From: Candidatus Sulfomarinibacteraceae bacterium
GTDB taxonomy: Bacteria > Acidobacteriota > Thermoanaerobaculia > Thermoanaerobaculales > Sulfomarinibacteraceae
Length of the DNA stretch: 64,000 bases
Reading direction: 5' to 3'
Assembly (NCBI GenBank): GCA_963796455.1
Contig: CAWCLO010000001.1
Span: 1,263,026-1,327,025 of the forward strand
Position 1 is the stretch's first letter, and every line of letters begins with the position of its first letter. Of this stretch, positions 19,065 to 27,130 are shown one piece after another. The position numbers and the translations under genes are program-made. Below the pieces are notes generated by a model. That model was given only the letters and a program-made list of their open reading frames with translations, was not told the origin of the DNA and made no database searches.

Positions 19065-19793
19065 ATGGAATCCACGAAGGATGTTTTCGAATATTCGCGG
19101 CGACAGCTGCTGAAGGCCTCTTCAGAACGAATCCGCGCGCTCGACCCCGGCCCCGATTCATCGGCTGCGGCTCGGATTCGGTCCATAATCGATGATTGCC
19201 GGGAGGTCTTTGCCGCGTCGGCCACCCCGCGGGGCATTTCGAGGCGGGTCACGATCTCCGAATTCGAGGAAATCTATCGGGGCGATGGCGACAATGACAG
19301 CCGGACCCCCGTCGAGGAGGTCATTCAGGACGCCGAGTACGTCGAGCTTTTTGCGGTAACGATCGGGCCCGAGATCTCGGAGCTCATCGGACGGCACTTC
19401 GCATCCGATGAACTCGCCGAAGGCTACATCCTCGATCAGATCGCATCCTTCGCGGCCGATGAGTTGGCGACTGTCGCGGGAAACCGGCTGGCGGTCAGGG
19501 AAGCTCTTGGACCGGACGTGGCGGTACTACCCTACAGCCCGGGCTATTGTGGCTGGAACGTGAGTGGCCAACGGGCCCTTTTTGATCGTCTCCAGCCTGG
19601 AGAAATCGGTATCTCGCTCAACGACAGTTGTCTGATGCACCCCGTCAAGTCGGTCAGCGGGGTTCTGATTGCGGCTCCGATCACGGCCCACGATTTCAGT
19701 CCTGCCTTCCCCTGTTGCGCGAGCTGTACCACCCTCGCGTGCCAGGAGCGGGTGGCGGAACTGAAGGAATCGAACGAAATCAGGAGTCCGTAG
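19065..19793 (+). CDS. Methionine synthase reactivation-domain-like protein with C-terminal Cys cluster
   Basis: FAVTIG, YSPGYCGW and LMHPVKSVSG, followed by CCASCTTLAC; divergent from the corrinoid gene. Confidence 0.8.
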   Translation: MESTKDVFEYSRRQLLKASSERIRALDPGPDSSAAARIRSIIDDCREVFAASATPRGISRRVTISEFEEIYRGDGDNDSRTPVEEVIQDAEYVELFAVTIGPEISELIGRHFASDELAEGYILDQIASFAADELATVAGNRLAVREALGPDVAVLPYSPGYCGWNVSGQRALFDRLQPGEIGISLNDSCLMHPVKSVSGVLIAAPITAHDFSPAFPCCASCTTLACQERVAELKESNEIRSP

Positions 19794-19804
19794 TCCTGAG
19801 GAAC

Positions 19805-20115
19805 CGCAGATCACGCAGATGAACGCAGATCAAACATCGCTATCAGAATCGCTATCGAATGAACCTCAACGGTGTTGGGTTGACCCATTCGCCACCAAGA
19901 CACCAGGGAAAACATTTGTGCGGGCCTGCCCGCCTCAAGCGCTCTGTCACCTCGAGTGTGCAGGTCCCGTCCGAGTCCGTATTCGTATTGCAGCGGCAGC
20001 GACTGCCTCCAGCGGCAGCGACAGGGAACAGCGATCAGGTGCAGCGATCAGGTGCAGCGACGGCGTGGCCACCTCCGGGTCGCTCAAAGGAAAGGGATAG
20101 CCGGAGGGCGGCCGA
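19805..20115. repeat. Composite intergenic repeat (CGCAGAT units, ATCGCT hexamers, copy of the 5.3-kb element arm)
   Basis: Shares CGACAGGGAACAGCGATCAG and GTGGCCACCTCCGGGTCG with 5415-5501, and GAATCGCTATCGAA with 3859-3872. Confidence 0.75.
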
Positions 20116-20117
20116 TG

Positions 20118-22251
20118 TCAGAGATTTCCGTTCAGCACCTCGAGCATGAACGCATACTCCAGGGCCGTCTCTTCATACTGTTTGTAGCGTCCGCTGACGC
20201 CTCCATGGCCTGCGGCTGACATCTCACAAGTGAAGAGCAGCGCCTTGTCATCGGTCTTGATGTCGCGCAGCTTGGCAACCCACTTCGCGGGTTCGAAATA
20301 CTGGACCTGGGAGTCCTCCAAAGCGGTGGTCACCAGGAGGGCCGGGTAGTCCTTGGCTTCCACATTGTCATAGGGCGAGTAGGACAGCATGTAGTCGTAA
20401 TATTCGGGATCTTCCGGGTTGCCCCACTCATCGAATTCAGACGTCGTCAGCGGAATGTCCTTGTCGAGCATGGTGGTGACCACATCGACCCAAGGAACAT
20501 TGGCGATGATTCCGGCAAAGAGATCCGGCGCCATATTGCTGATCGCACCCATCAGCAAGCCACCGGCAGACCCACCCTTGGCAAAAAGGCGATCGGCGGA
20601 CGTGTAGCCCCGGTCCACGAGGTGGCGGCCGCAATCGATGAAATCAGTGAAAGTGTTTTTCTTCTTGAGCAGCTTGCCGTCTTCGTACCACCAACGCCCC
20701 ATTTCCTGGCCGCCGCGGACATGGGCGATGGCAAAGACGAACCCGCGGTCGAGAAGGCTGAGCACCGGCGCGCGAAACCATGCCTCCATCGTCGACCCAT
20801 AAGATCCGTAGGCATACAGGAGCATCGGGTTCGAACCATCAAGCTTCATTCCGCTTCGATAAACCAGTGAGATCGGAACCTCTACGCCGTCCCGGGCCGG
20901 CGCCATCAATCTTTCCACAGAGTAGTTGGCGGAATCGAAACCGCCACGGATCTCTTCGCGTTTGACCATCGAGCGCTCTCCAGTTTCGAGATCGAGGTCG
21001 TAGATGGTTTCTGGCGTGTTGAGCGAGCTGTATCCATATCGAAGGACCGAGGTGTCAAACTCGTGGTTCTCATCGACCCAGGTCACGTAGGTCGCTTCGT
21101 CGAACTCGACCTCGACCTCCTCACCACCGTCCCAGGGAATCACCCGGAGGTGACGCGAGACCGTCGCGACGTTCGGTCAGGACCATGAAGTCGTTGAAAA
21201 CCTCGACGCCTTGCAGAAAGACATCGTCGCGCACCGGAATCACTTCGCTCCAATTCGACCTATCCGGAGCCGCTACCGGTGCTTCCATCAGACGGAAGTT
21301 TTCGGCCTCGAGATTGGTCCGGATGATGAATCGATCTCCGACGTGATCGACGCTGTACTCCACGCCACGCTCGCGCGGCGCCACCAGAAAGAGCCCTCCC
21401 GACGGGTTGTCAGCATCGATGAACCGCGCCTCGGAGGCCAGGGTCTGATCGGAGTGGATGATGATGTACTTGTCAGAGCGGGTCTTCTGCACCCAGACGC
21501 CAAAGGTCTCGTCCTCCTCCTCATAGATCAGCTCGTCTTCAGCCGGATCGGACCCGAGCAGGTGCCGGTAGACCTGGTATGAGCGCAAGGTCTCCGGGTG
21601 CTGCTTTGTATAGAACAGGGTCTTATTGTCATTGGCCCAGACCAGATTGCCCGTGACCTCCGGAATCACGTCCGCCATCGCCTCGCCGGTTGCCAGATCG
21701 GTGATGGATACGGTGTATTTTCGCCGGCCGACGGTGTCGAGGGCCCAGGCCATCATTTCGGTATCGGGGCTGACGGCGACGCCGCGGACCGAACAGAAAT
21801 CGTGTCCGGCGCCCTTCTTGTTGACATCGAGGATGACCTCCTCCGCCGCCTCGATCGATCCCTTCCGACGACAGTAGATCGGATATTCGGACCCTTCTTC
21901 ATAGCGTTTGTAGTAATAAAATCCGTTGTCGTACGCCGGTGCAGAGCTCTCATCGGGCTGGACACGGTTCTTGAGTTCCTCGAAGAGCTCATTCATGAGC
22001 CCTTTGGACGGCGCCATCACCGCTTCCGTGTAGGCATTTTCAGCTTCGAGGTATTCGATGACCTCGGGATTGCTCCGCTCGCGCAACCAGTAATATTCGT
22101 CGGTCCTGACATCACCATGCATCTCGAGGATGTGGGCGAGTTTTTTGGCCACCGGTGGTTTCGGAGTTTCTTCCGCACGTTGCTCGCCGCCCGAACACGC
22201 GATCAATGAAGCAATCGTTATCACCGCAACGATCAGAATCGAATATTTCAT
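20118..22251 (-). CDS. ptrB: Oligopeptidase B (S9A) lipoprotein; one frameshift near 21157
   Basis: Lipobox LIAC, HGDVRTDEYYWLR, YGSYG, HVRGG, GGSAGG nucleophile, DSQV and AGHGG. Removing one G restores DGLRHLRVIPW. Confidence 0.9.
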
Positions 22252-22342
22252 CTCCACCTCCAGGTGGGGGAAGTATAGACCGGTCACCTCGTCGCATCAT
22301 TTTCGCCAAATCTGCTTGACAATCCCCCGAGATCCAATGAAC

Positions 22343-22372
22343 AAGGGCGACCACATGGGTCGCCCTTTTTTT
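22343..22372. terminator. Possible bidirectional terminator hairpin
   Basis: AAGGGCGACC-loop-GGTCGCCCTT with a T run on the + strand and TTGTTCATT on the - strand; lies downstream of the RsbW-like gene. Confidence 0.55.
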
Positions 22373-22391
22373 GCCACCTGAATGGTTGGCG

Positions 22392-22850
22392 TTATGAGCT
22401 TTGGCTCGGGCCCTTGATCATCCAGATTTCGGTGCCGTTGCGCTCGAAGCGCACCTCGTCCATGAGCTGATTGATCAAAAAGATGCCACGGCCGCTGTCG
22501 GCAAAGATGTTCTCGCCAACCACCGGGCTCGGAACGGACTCGGGATTGAAACCCGGGCCCGGGTCGCGGACGATGATGATCATTCCGCGATGCTCTTCGC
22601 AGGCGACAACGACCTCGACCCTTTTTTCAGGATTGTGTTCACAGCCGTGTTCGACCGCATTTGCCAGCGCTTCATAGAGTGAGACTTCAATCTCGAACTC
22701 GCCGTCGCCCGCGCATCCCTGGTCGCGAACGACCTCCATGATCTGTTCAACGACCGGGGGAATAGCCGCCACATCACCCGGCACCTCCTTCTGAATCCGG
22801 ACAATAAGATTGTCCGTATCGAAGTCGCAACGAGGCGTCGGGTCTGCCAT
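22392..22850 (-). CDS. RsbW-like anti-sigma factor / HATPase_c_2 Ser kinase
   Basis: EALANAVEHG (N box), DPGPGF (G1), GRGIFLINQLMD (G2); GGAG RBS before the ATG at 22850. Confidence 0.88.
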   Translation of the reverse strand: MADPTPRCDFDTDNLIVRIQKEVPGDVAAIPPVVEQIMEVVRDQGCAGDGEFEIEVSLYEALANAVEHGCEHNPEKRVEVVVACEEHRGMIIIVRDPGPGFNPESVPSPVVGENIFADSGRGIFLINQLMDEVRFERNGTEIWMIKGPSQSS

Positions 22851-23114
22851 CAATAACTCCTGCAAACGCATATTGTTCTTTTGACGAGCGTCAGCACCAT
22901 TTAGTCACATCCATCACCCAGTCGGGGTTTCTTTATTCATCATACTCGCGCGATAGGCTTTGGTTTCTTTCAACATCCAACAAAAACGACCGGAATGGGT
23001 CGCCCATCCATCTCCTCCACCTGTCATCTATCTGATTTGACTGCGAGATTGTATCTCATCTTTTAGGTAAACGCGATCTCGAACGCGTTTTCAACTCAGA
23101 AATAGTGCCGGCTT

Positions 23115-23873
23115 TCAGCCGCCGAGTCGTTTTCCGGTCACCACTCGAAAGCCACGGACATCGAGTTTCTTGCTGGTGTCGGCATCTTCATCCATGCCCG
23201 GCTCCAGCGAAAGCTTCCACTGGTAGTAGCCGGAGAAGAACTCACTGATCTTTGCCACAAGCTTGGCGTAGGAACCGCTCAGTTCGTAGCGGATGGCGTC
23301 TTCTTCGCTGTCCCAGATCGTGACCGAGAGCATCCGCGAGCGGCGGCGGACATTCTCCACCAGAAAGACCCCCCGGCAACCTTTTGTCGCCATCAGGGCC
23401 GGTTTAATTTCTCCGTCATAGCGCTCTTTGAGTTCGTCGAATCGGCCGGGCTCGACCCTTGCCGCGACGATCCGCACAAAAAACTGCTGCGGCCCGTCGG
23501 CGTCAACAATCTCACTCATCGCCGCCACCTCGACCGGATAGGCCTCGATCTCGGGATCCTGCAGGGCCGGATAGGACCCCGACGCAGACGATGAAGACTG
23601 CACCAGACCCGGAGTGGCCTCGGCGAGAATGTCGTCGCTGGCGTCGAGCAACTCATCATAAAGGCCGCTTTTTTCGTATGCCTCGGCATCCTTTTGACTG
23701 CGCCATGTGGTCATCGAAACGCATTCGACGTCGTCGCCCGAAGGCCGGAGCAAGGACGCATAGAGACAGCCCTTTGCGTTCTCGAGTGAAGGAATCACGC
23801 GTTCCTTATAAAAGAGTGCAAGATCCCGGACCCTGCCCTCCTTGACTCTCAAATGCACGAAACGCATGTACAT
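23115..23873 (-). CDS. Tandem ABM (antibiotic biosynthesis monooxygenase-like) domain protein
   Basis: Two homologous halves: KGC...SMTTWRSQKDAEAYE.SG.Y and KGC...SVTIWDSEEDAIRYE.SG.Y. Confidence 0.7.
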   Translation of the reverse strand: MYMRFVHLRVKEGRVRDLALFYKERVIPSLENAKGCLYASLLRPSGDDVECVSMTTWRSQKDAEAYEKSGLYDELLDASDDILAEATPGLVQSSSSASGSYPALQDPEIEAYPVEVAAMSEIVDADGPQQFFVRIVAARVEPGRFDELKERYDGEIKPALMATKGCRGVFLVENVRRRSRMLSVTIWDSEEDAIRYELSGSYAKLVAKISEFFSGYYQWKLSLEPGMDEDADTSKKLDVRGFRVVTGKRLGG

Positions 23874-24017
23874 GACTTCACTCCCCCCTCGCCGGAGGCG
23901 ATCTTCGCAGTTGCTGTTGTTGCACAGACATTATGGGTTCTCTCACTGAAAAACCTACGCCCTACTCGGTTTCATTCCTGAATTCCAAAATGAATCGACA
24001 TCGAGATTGCAGAAGCA

Positions 24018-24401
24018 TCATTGGGGGCCTTCTCTTTCTATCTTACGAACTGTCCGAATTCGAGTGGTTCTGAGGCCATCCGCAAACTCCAAAAACAGAC
24101 CCGGCGCCGCAATGTGTTCGGTGAAGAGTGCGTGCCCGCCCGCCGTGCAACCTAGGACCTCGGTTCTCACCGTCGCCGCCCCTTCCCGCTCGAACCATCC
24201 CCCGCTGACATCAAAGGAACCATCGACCCGGGCGGTCAGCGAGTACATCGAATTCCGGGTCGAAACGATGACCCGGTCTCCCGGCTCGAGCTCCCCGCGC
24301 TTCACCCCGACGACAACTCCTGCCGCCTCCGCCAGATCGTCGATGGGGATCGCCTTCAAGGGCTTCACCCGACGGTGGACTCCACTCGGAGGATCGGTCA
24401 T
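24018..24401 (-). CDS. Small beta-rich hypothetical protein, last coupled gene of the kinase array
   Basis: ATGA overlap with the K10 stop and a GGAGG RBS inside the K10 tail; 127 aa (GDRVIVSTRNSMYSL...GLFLEF...TTRIR). Confidence 0.65.
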   Translation of the reverse strand: MTDPPSGVHRRVKPLKAIPIDDLAEAAGVVVGVKRGELEPGDRVIVSTRNSMYSLTARVDGSFDVSGGWFEREGAATVRTEVLGCTAGGHALFTEHIAAPGLFLEFADGLRTTRIRTVRKIEREGPQ

Positions 24402-27130
24402 CGTGTGCCTCCCGGGCCGGCCAGCCGTTCGAGTTCGGTGAACCAGTTCAGGACGATCTTGACCTCGCGAGGACTCGAGGCCTCCGGCGTGCGAACAAGC
24501 ACCACTCGGTGGCCGTCGGCAGTGACGTCGTAGCCGCGGTTGGTCCAGTTGGCGTGGTGGCCTGTTTCGAAGAGCGCCACCGGCTCACCGAGCCGCAGCG
24601 CAGGTTCGGTGGCAACGGCAACCGCATGGAGTCGGTTCCCGTTCCAGTAGAAGATCTCTCCGTTCCTGCCCCACAGCGGGTAGCCGCCGCCGTCGCGCGT
24701 GACCTGGACTCTCGATCCGGAGCCCTCGAAAGGTTGCACATAGACCTCGATGCGGCCGGTGTCGTGGCTCTCGTAGACGACATGTCGGCCATCGGGAGAG
24801 AACGACGCGAAGCGTTCGTCGAACGGGCTCTTCCTGATCACACGCTCCTCGGTCTGAGCGTCCAGCGGCAGGGCCACGAGGTCGCCGCGGGTGTCGGTCG
24901 AGCTCTCGCGGACCGCCATCCACCGTCCGTCGGCGGAGATGGCCTCGACGTAGTTGTCAAAGGTGCTCTCTCGAAGGAGCGTCACCTCGCCGCTGCCGTC
25001 CGCTGGCATCTTGTGAATGGCGAAGAGCGGGATGTCGAGTAAAAAGGCCAGATGACGACCATCGGGAAACCAGAGGGGCGAGAACTCGGCCCGCGGCGAA
25101 ATGGTGAGCCGATTCATGATCTCTCGATCGAGGTCGTAGACCCACAGGTCGGGGGTTTCGTCGTCCACCGTCAGGGCCAGCCGGGTCCCGTCGGGCGACA
25201 ACGACGGCGCGCTGTATCTCCGTTCGGGCGGCAAGAGGATCTCTTCGCGACCGTCCCGATCAATCCACACGACGGAACGATCCGGCTCGAGGACCGATCG
25301 CGGAACGTGGACCAGAACGCCGTTGTCGGAGACCGCGTACTGGGCGTGCCCCTCGTACGGCGAGGTGTAGACATCGTCGAGCACCGCGGCCGGCGGTCCG
25401 GCAATCTCCAACCGATCCAGATCGAACGGCGCCACAAAGAGAGTTTCACCACGCACAAAAACCAAATGACCGCTCGTCAGATACCGCCCGTAGACGGCGT
25501 CTTCCACCAGCACCCGTCGCGACCCCGACTGCAAGTCAAGGAGTTCGATCCTGCTCTCGCTCAACGGCAGGCGAAAGCTGGTGAAGATCACGGCCCGGCC
25601 GCCCGGCAGGTGGTCGGGCCACGAGTGGTTGAGTTCGTCCACCGACTGGTCCGGCTCCGTCAACACCTCCGGCGAACCACCGGACGACGGCACCTTCCAC
25701 AATCCGTCGTCGTAGGTCGGTGTGTAGACGATGGTCTCGTCTTCGCCCCAGGAGCCGCCGCCCCATTCGGCCTCGGCGAGGGTCGTCACCTGGCCCGAAT
25801 CGAGTGAGATCTTCTGCAGCCGACGACCGTCGCCGGTGAATCCGATCCATCTGCCGTCAGGCGAGAAGAACGGCGTGTTGCCGCCTTCGGTGCCCTCCAG
25901 CGCCTGCAGCTCCGGGTCGTCAAAGGAGCGAAGGAAGAGCTGTGAGGTCTGACCCCTGAATGCCGTCACGACCATTCGATCGCCCGTAGGCGAGACCACG
26001 ACGACCGGATCGCTGTCCTGGGTCGAAAATGATATCCCGGGGGGGAGGGTCACCGACAGGTGAGCAGGAGAGTCGGATGCGCCGCTCGAAGAGGTCAGCC
26101 ACAGCCACGCCATCACGGCAGCGGACAGAAGCGACACGACCGCAATTGAGAGCAAGACTCGGCGACCGGCAGTCGACGCTGCAGCGAACGGAACGGTATC
26201 CAAGGTCGTGTCCTCGCCACGGTCCTCACGTTCGGCCAGGGAAATCCTCACGTCGCCCATATCGCGCTGCCGCATCTTGGGATCCCGACGCAGGCAACGG
26301 CCGATGAGCGAACGCACGTACTTCGGGGTATCAGGCGGCAGCGCATCGAGATCGGGTTCGCTCGTGAGAATCGCAGCCAGCACGTCGGTGACCGTCTCAC
26401 CCTCGAAGAGCTTGCGCCCGGTCATCATCTCCCACAGCACGACGCCGAAGGCCCAGATGTCCGCACGCTTGTCGACCTTCTTGCCGCGCGCTTGTTCTGG
26501 GCTCATATACGCAGCGGTGCCAAGGATCACGCCTTCGACGGTGGCATGTCGGGTGATGGTGGGCGAGAACGACGAGCTGAGATCGGTGCCCTCCGCCTCC
26601 CACGCCTTGGCGAGCCCGAAGTCGAGCACCTTGACCGTGCCGTCGTCGGTGAGCTTGATGTTGGCCGGCTTGAGATCGCGGTGGACGATGCCCTGCTCGT
26701 GCGCCGCCTCCAGCGCCTCGGCGATCTGCAGCGCGATGGGAATCGCCTCGTCAACCGGGATGGCTCCACGCGCGATGCGTTCCGACAGATCCTCGCCTTC
26801 GACAAGTTCCATCACCAGAAAGGTGATCTCGGGTGCGGCTTCGTCTGAGGTCAGTTTTGAGTTTTGAGTTTTGAGTTTTGAGTTGCCGCCGGACGCAACC
26901 GTTTCCAAACCGTAGAGGGTCGCGATGTTTGGATGATTGAGAGAAGCCAGCACCTTGGCCTCGCGCTCGAAGCGTGCCATCCGATCGGGATCTTCCGCAA
27001 ACTCCGGTGGCAGCACCTTGAGCGCCACCTCGCGGCCGAGTTTGGTGTCTTCGGCTCGCCACACCTCCCCCATCCCGCCCTCACCGATCTTGGCGGTCAC
27101 CCGGAATTGAGCTAGCGAGGTTCCGATCAT
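24398..27130 (-). CDS. K10: Ser/Thr kinase - TM - PD40/TolB-like beta-propeller
   Basis: GEGGMGEV, VALK, HRDLKPAN, DFG, YMSPEQ, a TM segment, and repeated F/W-SPDG blades; ATGA overlap with K9. Confidence 0.9.
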   Translation of the reverse strand: MIGTSLAQFRVTAKIGEGGMGEVWRAEDTKLGREVALKVLPPEFAEDPDRMARFEREAKVLASLNHPNIATLYGLETVASGGNSKLKTQNSKLTSDEAAPEITFLVMELVEGEDLSERIARGAIPVDEAIPIALQIAEALEAAHEQGIVHRDLKPANIKLTDDGTVKVLDFGLAKAWEAEGTDLSSSFSPTITRHATVEGVILGTAAYMSPEQARGKKVDKRADIWAFGVVLWEMMTGRKLFEGETVTDVLAAILTSEPDLDALPPDTPKYVRSLIGRCLRRDPKMRQRDMGDVRISLAEREDRGEDTTLDTVPFAAASTAGRRVLLSIAVVSLLSAAVMAWLWLTSSSGASDSPAHLSVTLPPGISFSTQDSDPVVVVSPTGDRMVVTAFRGQTSQLFLRSFDDPELQALEGTEGGNTPFFSPDGRWIGFTGDGRRLQKISLDSGQVTTLAEAEWGGGSWGEDETIVYTPTYDDGLWKVPSSGGSPEVLTEPDQSVDELNHSWPDHLPGGRAVIFTSFRLPLSESRIELLDLQSGSRRVLVEDAVYGRYLTSGHLVFVRGETLFVAPFDLDRLEIAGPPAAVLDDVYTSPYEGHAQYAVSDNGVLVHVPRSVLEPDRSVVWIDRDGREEILLPPERRYSAPSLSPDGTRLALTVDDETPDLWVYDLDREIMNRLTISPRAEFSPLWFPDGRHLAFLLDIPLFAIHKMPADGSGEVTLLRESTFDNYVEAISADGRWMAVRESSTDTRGDLVALPLDAQTEERVIRKSPFDERFASFSPDGRHVVYESHDTGRIEVYVQPFEGSGSRVQVTRDGGGYPLWGRNGEIFYWNGNRLHAVAVATEPALRLGEPVALFETGHHANWTNRGYDVTADGHRVVLVRTPEASSPREVKIVLNWFTELERLAGPGGTR
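26853..26884 (-). repeat. Intragenic (CTCAAAA)n heptamer repeat in K10
   Basis: AGTTTTG x4 plus AGTT on the + strand; encodes NSKLKTQNSKL. Confidence 0.9.

Noticed and set aside
17840..21160. Programmed ribosomal frameshifting in the Hcy methyltransferase and ptrB
   Set aside because: Each is a single extra base without a canonical slippery heptamer or stimulator, and similar indels are scattered across the window, pointing to sequencing error.
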